Source: Paecilomyces variotii (Eukaryota). From it: a stretch of 64,000 nucleotides of DNA. Below, piece by piece: positions 1 through 13,636 of this stretch; within the stretch, counting starts at the first letter, position 1, and every line of letters begins with the position of its first letter. The stretch lies in the NCBI GenBank assembly GCA_004022145.1, contig RCNU01000002.1. One strand, given 5' to 3'. The position numbers and the translations under genes are program-made. The notes under the pieces are model-generated. The model saw only the letters and a program-made list of their open reading frames with translations. It searched no databases and was not told the origin of the DNA.

Positions 1-615
1 ACGCTGGATGTTCCTCGCGTTCAACGGCTTCCTACTCGCCGCCGCCGTCGGCTTCTGCACCTTCTGGCCCTATGGTCGAATCGTGCTACTAGGGGCCTAG
101 TATTGCTACCGCTCCGGAGATCCCATCAACCATCAGCCCGTCCCGCTTATTAGCGTCGCATGATGCCCACGCTGCTGCGGAGGGTCAGCTTCAAAGGAGA
201 CAATGCCACCGAGACCTTGTACGAACTCAGTCGCCGTGATGACTGAGATATTTGCGATTATTTTCGGGGTATCCCCTTGTATCGATACGGCCTAGACACG
301 GACACTGCATACCTAACAACACTTAGTGTATATGTACTTCTTTTCTTTCCATGACCGCTATACGCGTAGTGTCTCAGTCCTGCGAGATCCGGGATTAGTT
401 GCTTTCATCTGGAGCACTTTCGGGTCTTTTTTCTTCGTCTTCTGTCTCCACCTTCATCTACCCTATAAGGGGTGGTAGGATGCACTGCATACTAGTTAGG
501 TTTCTTGTTTCACTGTAGCAGAAAATGGCGCTAGTGAGGGCGTATACTAGTTGGACTTCGCAACAGTATCCTATTCAAATTACTAAATTTATCAGTTAAC
601 GACTCTAAAAAAAAG
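1..615. other. Possible degenerate (RIP-like) repeat/transposon remnant, truncated by window start
   Basis: No intact ORF. A GC-rich frame is interrupted by TAG, there are many TpA/CTAG words, and it ends in an A-run near 607-614 before AT-rich DNA. No transposase/RT motif or terminal repeat seen. Confidence 0.2.
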
Positions 616-1079
616 CCTATTTCTGATTTAGCGACCATTTTATACCTTACCTTTATCTAGATTTGTTATGCTTATAATTTCTAAAGGAATCCAGCGAGTT
701 GAATAAACTGATTCAAGACCGTCAAAATAGTTATATAGGAGAAAAGGGACTTATTTTTAGTTCATGGTGGGGGAGAAGAGGATCTGGTAAGGCTAGCCTT
801 GTTCAAAGGTTAACCTGGGTGAAACAATATTAATCACTGATCAGCGCCCTGATCCACGTAACTCTCGGGACAGCCGGCATGTTTGCCGGAGTGCTGCAGT
901 ATGGTACTCTTCGAGAACTATCTATTATTACGGAGTATGTAGCAAAGTTCGGAGATGTTTCTGCTTTTCCCCCTCACGGACCCCTGCTGCATCCCCTCAC
1001 GATAAATTGTGATCTGACTGATCTGTGGATCGCAAGAGGAGAAGATGGAGCTCTATCGTGGGATCGATTGGAGCACGAA

Positions 1080-1103
1080 TAGGCCAAGCTTTAGGCCAAG
1101 CTT
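1080..1103 (+). promoter_or_regulatory. Tandem direct repeat TAGGCCAAGCTT x2 containing two PacC-type GCCARG sites
   Basis: GCCAAG at 1083-1088 and 1095-1100, ~320 bp upstream of the oxalate decarboxylase ATG. Confidence 0.5.
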
Positions 1104-1324
1104 CGACGGCGCCGGCAGAGGTGGAGAGAGGTACAACCAAGCTTTCATTAGTCGATGCCCGGTATCGACGAAGCCGAAAACGGAGTATACTGCGGCACTG
1201 CCCGTCTTGTTCTTGTGCATAGTTACCCCCGAGTGAGTCACTGACTTGGGAGTTAGGACTATGGTACCTCCATGTCCTACGGTTGCGAGCGCTCCGGACC
1301 ATAAACCACCATGACGGTGGTAAG

Positions 1325-1332
1325 TATATAAA
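1325..1332 (+). promoter_or_regulatory. TATA box of oxalate decarboxylase gene
   Basis: TATATAAA ~90 bp upstream of ATG 1416. Confidence 0.55.
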
Positions 1333-1415
1333 GACCCAAGTTCGTCGGAGATCAAAGGAACACTTTCATTCAATCCAATGCCAGGGCACAACATCGAGAG
1401 TCCTTGTTTCTCATT

Positions 1416-3027
1416 ATGCATTTCCAGCATCCTTCGTTCATCTCATACCTGAGAGCTGTCTCTCTGGTTGGTGTTCTCCATGCAGCCTACGCAGTGCCTG
1501 TATCTCAGAGCTCTTCTGCCGTGGGTGACTGGGCTGGAGCAGCTGGAGATGACGAGTCCAACGGTGGTGCGCCGCTTCGGGGCAGTAAGACCCTACTTGG
1601 CCAAATCGCCAACGAGGTCAATCGAGCAAGCAGTGGTGACGTTCCCAAGTCCTCATACCAGCTTGCGCCTGGCCAAGGTGCGGACGCAGAGATTGGCATT
1701 CCGTTCACGTTCAAAGACACATTGAACCCGCAGCCAATTCGAGGTGATCTGGGTGGTACCGATCCGGGACCACGTACATACGGATACGACCGTCTTAATC
1801 CCGACACACTGGCTCCCCCAGAATCGGACAGCGGCGAAGTACCCCAGGGCAAGTGGCCGATGGGGTTGTCGCATAATCGTATTCTGCCGGGCCGTGCTGG
1901 GTGGTCGCGACAGGAGAATACAGACGTACTGCCAGTTGCAACGGCTATGGCCGGAGTAGACATGAAGTTGTCACCCTGGGCGTATCGAGAGCTACATTGG
2001 CACAAGGTAACCGGTGAAAGAGAGTGTGCTCCTGGAAACTACAGCTAACCCTGCCACAGGCAAATGAATGGAGCTTGGTCATGAATGGCAGCGTCCGCGT
2101 ACAGACCATGAACGAGGATGGCGAGACATTTGTTGACGATGTCACGGCTGGGGATGTGTGGTATTTCCCCGCCGGTGTCCCTCATTCTCTTCAGGCTCTG
2201 GATGAGGGTGCTGAATTTATGCTCGTGTTCGACGAAGGCGACTTTAATGATGGAGGCACCGGTCTCATATCAGAGATGTTCCTTCGCAATCCGAAGGAGG
2301 TATGGTCAAAGGACCTTAATGCACCGCTTTCAGCCTTCGATGAACTGCCCAAGGATCAGCTCTATATTTTCAACGGCTCTCCAGCCGGGCCCCTGAGCTC
2401 GCAGAATGTCACTGGGCCTGGTGGAGTAGCCTCGGGTTCTCAGAGCTACACATACCATTTCTCTAAGCAGGCACCATACGAGGTTCCTGGAGGAAGCATC
2501 AAGATTCTTGACCCGCAAACCTTTCCCATTGCCGAGATGTTCAGCGTAGCGTTGGTGACTATTCACCCAGGCGCCATGAGAGAAGTCCACTGGTAGGTAA
2601 ACTCTCGACAGGAAAGGAACTATGATCGGCATGGCTAATGAAAACTCTCTCTCTATCTAGGCATGGTACCAGTGATGAATGGGGTTTCTTCCTTTCCGGG
2701 AGCGCCCGTGTCAGTGTATACGTCGCGCCCACTTCAGGTGCGACTTTTGATTTCTCTGCTGGCGATGTCAGTTATGTTCCTGCTACTGCGTCCCATTATA
2801 TTGAAAACACGGGCGACGAGGATGTTGTCTTTCTGGAGGTCTTACAGGCACCTCGATTCACTGATATCTCAGTCGGCCAATGGCTGAAACTCACTCCGAG
2901 ACAGATTGTCCAAGACCATTTGCATCTGCCGGATAGCGTACTTGACAATCTGTCTCCAAACAAGCAGTATATAGTGCAAGGGAACACAAACCTGACTGCT
3001 CTTGCTAGCGGAAATGGCACCGCATGA
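1416..3027 (+). CDS. oxdC: Secreted bicupin oxalate decarboxylase/oxidase family protein (introns 2007-2059, 2593-2660)
   Basis: Signal-peptide-like N-terminus. Two cupin Mn sites: RELHWHK|ANEW...PHSLQ and REVHW|HGTSDEW...SHYIEN, both restored by GT-AG splicing. Confidence 0.93.
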
Positions 3028-3674
3028 GAAAAACAGCCGACATAATGCTCTTGATGTACATACTAAGTCGGATGTACTGTTTATAGCATTTGAAATATAC
3101 ATACATATGATATATCCGGAGCTTCAAGTTGAACGGATACTCTGATCCCTAAAAGTAAGAAATCACGAAAAGACAAAAAGTTTAACAAAGAGTAGAACTT
3201 AAAAATATATAAATAAGTAAATAATATCGAATATGAAATGGCTCTGAAGCACAGTGTAACCTGAATCTCGAATTGCTTGCGTTGAACCCATATTTATCTC
3301 TACAGGTATACAAAGAACTAATAAAAGTAAAAGTTCAAATATTCTATTTAGGAGTAATACAATCATCTAGATATATCAAACCTTAAGATAACTGGCAATA
3401 TAAGATAAGCTCCATGTGAAATGCAAGTAATGCTTCCGCAAAAGAAATTTACACAGGGAGCCAGACCACCACGACGAGCCTCCCATCTCGAAGTCTAGCT
3501 AGGCAGATATCAGTCGAAGCTGACGAGGAGCTCTCACTTCGTTCGAGCCAAAAGACGTAGCGCTACCACTTCTCCTTTCCTACCTCTTTCTCATCCTACT
3601 GTTGCTGCTATTTCACTGCTACCACAACCGATGACGGACAGATAACCAAGTACCATGCCATCAATGATTTAACG

Positions 3675-5396
3675 ATGTATCCATATCCTCAGAACATCAT
3701 CTCCTATCCCCAGATGCAGTTCCTGTCAAAAAGTGCTCTATTGACATTACCAATCGAGGTATTGCCCAGTGTCTCCCAGTATCTCCCAGAGTCATGACCT
3801 GGACAGTCATACTGACTCATTCATTTGCAGATAATCGAAGACATCGCATTCTTGCTCGAAGATGACAAGGACCTCATCAATCTCTCACTGACATGCACTT
3901 CATTGAACGCGATCTTACTATCAACCACGTCCTCTATCTGGCGCAGGCGATTCAAAGAGAAGTACGACCTACCGCGAGGAAAATCATCGGCGCAAATAAA
4001 ATTCGAATACCAAACGCGCTCTATCGTACTGTCACAAGCAGTTTCCTTCAAAGACGGGGAAAGTGGCCAACAAAAGTTGTGGTTGGAGGTCATTCAGCTT
4101 CTTCTTGAGGAATCTTTCTCATCACCATACACAAGTGACGGTAGTGTTGTGTCGAGGAACCTTACTAGGATTCGTGAGGTTATTTCGAAAAGCGCCTTTC
4201 TGGAAAGACCGATTAGTGGATTCGCCATGCGCAGTCCAGATGTCTGCTCAGATTCTTTCTGCGCCGTGCAGCTGGTAAGTCTTAACCCTACCTACCTAGC
4301 CTCCTAGGATAATTTGCATTTTCTTGACACGAGACTTGTGGAATTAATGATAGTTATATATACAGTGCTTAACTTACCTTAGTCTGGATCTAAACCTTTC
4401 GTATCGCTGCCTGCGAACCGACTATGACATCGCCAGTGTCTATTCCTACGGAAGCGCCCCTGAGAACGTCTTCATTTCCATTGAGGAGTTGGACCTCAGA
4501 AAACTATTGCACATACGGAACTTTTGGCAGCGACATCTTATTAACCTCGACGAAGGGACATTCCACAAATCATTCGCCAGCCTCTGTGAAGAGAAGAGAC
4601 CCCAGCCCTGGACCGAATGCATACATCACAATATCAACCTTGGGAGTTCCTGGCTAGGATATTACTGTAAGGATGTGAACCCAATCAATCGATCCGGCTA
4701 CTTTTTCTGATGAATGATCTTCTCACCGTTTTTGTATACTGTAGCTTGCATACATCCGCGTCCTCCTGATCTGAGCAGTCTACAAGATCGTCAGACATGC
4801 GCCGACCTAGATAGTCACTGGACGGATATTCTTCCTCTGGTACGTTTGAATAATTGTCAATGAAATTGAATGCGACTGCAACAGACAGACTGACAGACTG
4901 ACTAATTGGACGTTCTTCAATTAACTAGCATCTACATTTACACTTGATTCGCGACTCTGATGAGGAATGGCCAGCGCTTTTTGATAATATCATACCTTTA
5001 CTTGGACCGGATAGCCGCCGTCGCTATTTTCGCGGCCTTCAAAGCCTCCACAGCTTGAATGATCGCACAAGTTACCCTGTCCGAGGACTTATCGAGCAAA
5101 TTCTATCTTCGCAAGGAGGACTCAGAGGCTGGACGCGCATATGCTTCACAATCTACAATCCGAACCGGGAGCTTTTGAAGCTTATTCCTTCTGAGGACAA
5201 CGAAGAGAACGCAGAAGACCAACAGGAGGAGGTCCGCTTTCCAGACGAAGAATGGCCACCTATTTCGTGGTCGGATTTCCATTGGGCCTTTGGCTATGAG
5301 GGCGTTGTGCTCCCTGGAGGCAACATTATGTTTGGCAAGTGGATCAACATGCTGGAAACGAGTGACAGCGGGCCATTTGTATTTTGGTGTATCTAA
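3675..5396 (+). CDS. F-box domain protein (about 5 exons)
   Basis: LLTLPIE|IIEDIAFLLEDDKDLINLSLTC F-box motif across intron 3759-3830. Downstream ORFs 3825-4307, 4489-4710 and 4944-5396 join by GT-AG introns. Start could be the downstream in-frame ATG (MQFL). Confidence 0.78.
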
Positions 5397-5585
5397 GGCA
5401 GAAATGGTATCAATTCTGACCGTCGAAACTTTCAAAAAATAACATGTCTATGTAGGATAATATTTGGTATGTAATCCTTCTATGTAAAGGCCACAGCTGA
5501 GGCATTAGAGAGTAAAGCTCCAAGTTTACTTGGGCCAGATATTAATGTACAGTACATTGTAGTAAAATAGACTCCAGTAAATTTA

Positions 5586-7227
5586 CTATAGTGCAAGGAG
5601 TAATCCAGCTCCTGCGATTCCAACAGCCATATGTCCTGAAAATGCCGTCTGCACCGGAGCCGCACCTTTGCTCGTCTGGGTTGGAACGCCGCCAGAGGTT
5701 ATGACGCCAGTACCTGATGGTCCTCCAATTCGGGCACCCCCACCTCCAACATTGACGCTTGTAACTGCGTTTGGCACACCAGTAGCGTCGGGAACAGCAG
5801 TAGATCCAGTGCCTATTTCCAAGATATTGTCTTTAGTGGAGTTGAAGTTCGTATTCGCCAGTGAGATCTCATTGTTTGCGAGATCATAGACGACATAAGC
5901 ACTGCGCAAGAAAGTGTCCCCCAGCACTGCAGTACTGTCACCGGCAGGGGCGATACCGAAAATGCACGCTGGCGTACCGTCGGAAAAGGTAGGCCGGGAA
6001 CCATCGGCATTCTCGCCAGGGTCAATGACGAGTTCACTCATGCCGACATTGATCGCCGGTTTGGTAAATGTGAATGTGAGGTGCACATCTTGGTTCGCCA
6101 AGTCGCAAGGGACGTATGCCGTCTCGCTTGAAGAATCGTACGTCGCCTGTAGATCGTCATAGATACTGGCAACGATGGAGTCCGGAAGGTACGTCAAACT
6201 GCTCCCAGAGTCAAGCAACACAGCTGCCGGAAGAGTTCCCGAGTTGTAAGTCTTATTACCCGAGCTGGCACTCAGCGATACCCCAGTGAGAGCAATGACG
6301 AACTCGACATATTGTCCGCCTTCAGTCTGGATAGGCAATGTCTCTAGCGTGCCGTGGAATTTCTCCGTGTTGACGCCACCAAACAGAATCGAACCTGTGT
6401 TCGCATCGAGATCGTTCAGCCACAAACTGTAAGCATTCGAATTGATCAAACCGGCATTGACCATGGCTTTGGGTAGATTGGGGTAAGGGCTTTTTCCATT
6501 TCGGTTGACCTGTACTTCATTGGTCGTATAGCCGATACCCAAGACACCCTCTGCAAAAGAAAACCAATACATCGTTAGCCTCGCGATGACCGAATCTTCC
6601 ACTAGGACGTAATAGCCATACCAGCAGAACTTGAAACATAGCCGACTCCAAACTGGAAGTTCTTGAGAGTGGCCCCGCCAATCTGAACAGTGTCCGTCAC
6701 ATAATCACCGGTTGACGCTGAACCATCCACGTAAGAGATGTTGAAGTCAGAGGAGACGATCTTGTATGTCGACGACGAATTTGCGTCATAGGTCCCTGAT
6801 ATGGCACAGGGCTTGGCTCTCTCAGAACATAGGCTCGACTGCGCTGTGTTGACCCATAGATCACTGCTTCCAGTATCGATTGTGAGGCGCACATGCTGTG
6901 CGGGCGTGCCCAGCGAAATGTTGGCAAAGTAGAGAGTTTCCTAGCGGAGCCAGAGTCAGTACGGCGAACATGTCCAGAGCGGGGTGTGAGTTTAATCTTT
7001 CGAAGTCACGGCCGCTGATCGGGATGGGAGCGTACCTCATTGTCCAGGGTCTCGGTGACCGTCTTGTCGCGCTTCCTCCTTACTCGGTCCCGCGTAACAG
7101 GGTCAGATACGTGCTTGCGCTGGAAGTCCAGTCCAACGACAGCGGGCACATCCCTCTGGCGTAACTCCAGAGCATCCACAGATGCTGCCAGAGAAGCCGC
7201 CAGACAGAGGAAGGTGACGACCTTCAT
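5586..7227 (-). CDS. opsB: GPI-anchored yapsin-type aspartic endopeptidase (OpsB-like), 2 introns
   Basis: Signal peptide MKVVTFLCLAASLAASVDA, Kex2-like RRKR, catalytic DTGS and DSGS motifs, LGDTFLRSAYVVYD, Ser/Thr/Gly-rich tail with hydrophobic C-terminus. Confidence 0.9.
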
Positions 7228-8120
7228 GACGGCGGGTAGTCGTTCACACTTGGAACTGTTTCTGCGGACCGATCGAAGAGGGCGAGTTTCGCAGGTGAAC
7301 CGGGCCAACCCCTGAGGGAAGGAAGCGGACACTGACGATAGACCAGACCGCGTGGAGCACAGGAGGAAAAGAGAAATGCCCAGAGAGGAGTCAGTGGCTT
7401 ATGATTAGAGGAATGACACCGGTTATCGAAGCGGTAGGGGAACAGGGCCGATCTGGGGTGTCCATCGTCCTTTTTATTCCCACGATGGTTGACGTCGGCT
7501 GGATCTTGCCGGACCCGTTGACTATTACTTCCTTTGCTGGGGCCATTCAGCAATCCTACTACTAGTCACTAGGTACTTGACTTGCCCAGTCGGTTCTGAG
7601 CGCTCCATCCCCCACTCGTCTGGTAACCAAGGTGAGAAGCAGGGTGTAAATAATAATAATCCTTCATGATTCCGGGAACCAGATACTCCATAACCATGGT
7701 CCACCGGGGGAACACTGCCTATGAGGACGTTAATTGAGAGTCGTGTGTGGCCCCCAAGAGGCTGAGGGCCGCGAACGGCTGATCTGCCTGTCTTTTCGCT
7801 CGGGAGGCAAACCGGAGAAGTCGGAGCCCTGCTGCTAGCGTCATCATGGCCCTACGTATGTACGTACATTACTACATGATACTAAATTGAACTAAAAAAG
7901 GCGCCGGCCTGGGAAGGCTTATGGTATACTTAGTACTGTCGCAGACCAGGTACTTAGTACTAGTCAACCTCTACTGGTAAGACCCTGTCTGGGAGATTTC
8001 CTTTTTTGGTCTTTTCATTTTCTTGTAACTTCACCAATCGAAGAAAAAGTAATTATTGCCGCTGCAGGGTCGCTTTCTGTAGATACCCTCGAGATCACTC
8101 ATAATTAATATTAACTTGCT

Positions 8121-8140
8121 GATAGATAGATAGATAGATA
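8121..8140. repeat. (GATA)5 microsatellite
   Basis: Direct reading. Confidence 0.9.
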
Positions 8141-8847
8141 AAAAAATAATGCTGATGAGCAGCAAATCCGGAGTTCCGGCACGATGACGTGGATCGTTGA
8201 CGAGTCGCTCAGCCTAATGCGGAACCAATCAGAGCTGCTCGTTGGCCCGTTTGACTTTGATTACGTATGGTTACTGGTTAACTACTGGTTATTATGGTAG
8301 GTACGCTGTGCACCAGCAAGCGCCGTGTTATATATATACCTTATATCAACTCTGCTGCAGCTTCTTACTCGAGTCGCATGCACACTGGCGCTCCCCATGC
8401 AGAGAAGCTCAGCCCTGCGAGGCTCATTGGTGTGCATACCATTTGCCCAGGAAGCCACTCTACCACACTGGCAGTACGTGGATAGCTCAGTACGTGGTTA
8501 GCTATCCCACGCGCCGTCCTTTGTGCCCTGCAAGGCGCAGCAGGGGTAGCGCGCGACTGGCACCGCCATCATCTGATTATTGCGCAGCCCTCCTGAGGAC
8601 CATCGTCTACGATCTGCTATGGTAACTAGATCCTACACGGGCTCATACATCGGACATACCTAGGCGGTTAATGCTATCAATATGCCCAAAGGCTATGCAC
8701 AGTCACACACACAAAAGCAGAGAAGGAAAAGCCAAGAGGGGAATATAAACATTGTTCAATATAATGTTGGACGTACTGATACACGGCCCGCGCGAGGAGC
8801 AGGGCCCGGCCTGCACTGGAAACAGGCGTAGTAGTATGATACAGCTA

Positions 8848-10280
<1,433 letters not shown>

Positions 10281-10606
10281 CTGACCCTGTGCTCTGCAGT
10301 AAATGTCGTTAACTGTACAGCTCGGGATTCAGCATGCAGTAGTAGACATTTGACATTGATTGCCGGGCACGTGATCTAACCGGCTCCATATAAAATGTAC
10401 TCTATTTATGATGTCCTGACAAGAAACCGCCCTATTCGGCTTGGTATTTAATTTTACTCCCTCCATGCAAAGATAGAATATATAAGAATACATAATATGC
10501 GTTTAATTCCTGCAGAAAATCATTCTGCTTCGATAACAGTGTAAATGACAAATCCCAGATTATACAAGACAAGGCTAGAAGAGAAGAATGGAAAGTATGC
10601 CTAGAG

Positions 10607-11646
10607 CTAACCCTTACGTGTATCGGTCAATGGGCCCCTGTTCTGAGAGAAGCGTTCGCTGCCCAGGATCTCGGATACAGAGGCGCTGGCAGCGGCATCT
10701 TTTCGTTGACCGAAGTTCTCAAAGTAAGGCTCGAGGGACTTCTCGAGTTCTGGAAGTGATTCGTCCATAGATTTCGCAACATCTGCGAGAGAAAAAGGAG
10801 AGGTTAGTCGGCGATCCTGCAATAGCAAAGACGAGAGTAAACCATACCAAGAGTATCGTATTCCCACACGTTCGCCTTCATACCAACCCCGTAGAACGCG
10901 TGTTTCCGAAGGAACGCAAGCCATGCCTGCACGGCCTTAGGATGACCATCCTTGATCTGTATCAGCCGCCGGAGAGTGATACGCTCGAAGTTCTCCTGGC
11001 TCTTCTTGTGTACGAAATTGCTGCGGGGGACTGTCCAGCGTTCGACAATACGAGGTAGTGGAACAGGTCCAGAAACAGGGAGTTTCAGATAGTAAGCTGC
11101 ACGGACAGCGAAATCGGCAAAGAATTCGACGTTTCGCACACTATAAGATCGGAGTTGCAAGTCACAGACGGGAAGGCCGTATTCTGCCTTTCTTCGGAGG
11201 GGTCGCAGATAGACGGCTTGCACGCTTCGAGGTAATCTGAACTTCTCACCGATGTCGTCTAAGCGTGCGGGCCTGGAAAAAGGTGTAAGCCTTCAACTAT
11301 TCAAATACGCAAGCAGCATCACATATACAAACCATTCCTTTACATCCACTGTTGGTTGCTGGCTAGCCTCGGGTGTACTGCTATCTAGTCAGTTCATTGT
11401 GTCGCTTAGCAGTAGAATCCAAAGGTCCGTACGTGTGCGACGGCGCTGTCGATTTTTCGCCTTCAGGTGATTGTGATTTCGCAGGAACAGATTCGATCTT
11501 GGCCGACGTTTCAAACGCCCGGCTTATCCCAGAGACCTTAATGTAATGTGAGCTTTGCGGACACCGGGAGCAGGTCTGCTGGGCGGATCTACCTTCAGCC
11601 TCTTCCCTGCACCCAAAAGGGAACGAAGGCTCGATGTTGACAGCAT
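10607..11646 (-). CDS. RSM10: Mitochondrial small ribosomal subunit protein uS10m
   Basis: GPVPLPRIVERWTVPRSNFVHKKSQENFERITLRRLI S10 signature; presequence MLSTSSLRSLL; GT-AG introns. Confidence 0.92.
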
Positions 11647-12184
11647 AGCGTGGAATCTGTACCCTGACGATATATGCTCTGAGGACAATGGTGGAAGCTG
11701 TTCAGACAGCCATAGCCTATTTTTTTCAGAGGTGTTCGCGGTAACTTGAAGTTTCCCCGACACGAAAGGATTATTGACCGCCTTGGTCCCCTAGTGCCGA
11801 CAACCAATAAAAACTTACAGAGTGCTAGCACCAACCAGCAGAATCATCCCAGTAGTCAAGCAGTATTAGACTCCCCACTATGACCTGCGAATTGATAGTT
11901 GTGGGTTGAGGCTGCCTTGCTTCATATCGGCAGACATTATTATTATCCGACGGAGAACACCAGCAAGGAATTGGAGCAAGTGGACTATCCCATTTCGTGG
12001 TCGGTTCATAAGCTGATCGAGCCCAACTCAGATCTCATACAAACTTCTGCATCTGTCACTGTTCACTGGCCCAGATCTGCGAAAAATCACACTGTGTACA
12101 ATTCGCATCTGTACATTACTATTCACCAAATCATTTTCGGGGCTTTGGACATCATTTTCTGCTACTTACGTCCGTTGACCAACC

Positions 12185-13483
12185 ATGGCTGAGTTTGGAC
12201 GTGGCTCAACCTGCTTTGAACAGGCGAAAGAAGCTGCCGCTTTTCTTGAAAGAGGCCTTCCAGATGGTCTGCGAAGCCCCAAGGTTGCAGTTATTTGCGG
12301 CTCAGGGTTAGGCGGGCTTGCAAATACTATCCAGGAAGCTTCAAAGGTCGAATATGAATATTCATCGATACCACACTTTCCTCTTCCTACCGGTAAGGCT
12401 CCACGAAGTCACAATATCATGCAGTCACCCTGTCTCTTACCTCGTCAGTGTCTGGACATGCGGGTAAGTTGGTTTTCGGATATCTCGGTCATAATATTCC
12501 GGCAGTCTTGATGGTTGGCCGTGTGCAGTGAGTCCTCATATCAAGCGAAAACCGCTGTCTTTCTGTGACTTGGCTAAGACTCAGTCCCGTAGTTATTATG
12601 AAGGCCATTCTATGGAGAAAGTTACATTTCCGATCCGTGTTTTTAAACTCCTTGGTGTAAAGACACTAGTCTGTAGGTGCCACCTCTACAACTGTTTACA
12701 GAAAGTTCTGGGCACTGATTTAGCACCAAAGTGACCAATGCTGCAGGAGGCCTGAATTCAGAATACGCGGTGGGAGACATTGTGGTCATAAATGATGTAA
12801 GTTGTTTGACATTGTCACTTTAGTCCAGAGTATTTAACAACGTGTAGCATCTTTTTTTGGCCGGCTTGGCAGGATCACATCCACTGCGGGGTCCCAATGC
12901 GGACGAATTTGGAGTTCGCTTCCCACCGATGTCAGACGCCTACGATCTCGAACTCCGTCGCTCCACGCACCGAGCCTGGGAGAAGCAAGTTTCTCCTGAG
13001 AGCAAGCGAAGACTGCACGAGGGAATATATGCATTCGTCGGAGGCCCAAGGTGTGTTTCATACCTGAAGATATGGACTTATAGGTTAATGCATAGACAGT
13101 TATGAAACAAGAGCAGAATGCCGAATGCTCAGACAGCTCGGCGCCGACATTGTCGGAATGTCAACAGTGCCGGAGATTGTAGTAGCCAGGCACTGCGGAC
13201 TGCGAGTGTTGGCACTGAGCCTGGTCACGAACAACGCAGTGCTTACTCCAGTCCCACGTGGCGATGACCACCTCCTTCAACATTCGAGTGCAAACCAGCT
13301 GGACACAATCTTGGGTGAGGGAAAGGCGAACCATGAGGAAGTTCTAGAAGCTGGTCGTCTAGCGGCCGTCGACATGCAGGTGAGCTCCAACGGAGGGACT
13401 GCCCCCGCGGGCTTGTAACATTGTCACTAACGTCACAATGCTAGAAACTGGTTGCACAGGTCATCTCTGACACCTTCGAGTGA
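12185..13483 (+). CDS. PNP1: Purine nucleoside phosphorylase (multi-exon)
   Basis: [40 protein letters not shown] and VTN motifs; final exon ends DTFE-TGA at 13483. Confidence 0.95.
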
Positions 13484-13636
13484 AGTCGAAGAGAAGGATG
13501 GTTTTTGAGGTGAGATAATTGAGCCCAGCTAGGAGATCAATTGTTATTAGTTCACCAGGCAATTTTTCGGTTTCTTAAGAGTCGCGGCATGATCTAGTAC
13601 AAGACCTGCTAGAACGTCTTTAAAAAACCTGCACAT

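Noticed and set aside
879..1430. Cluster of short overlapping ORFs upstream of oxdC
   Set aside because: No homology cues or splice logic; the region reads as promoter (TATA box, GCCARG sites).
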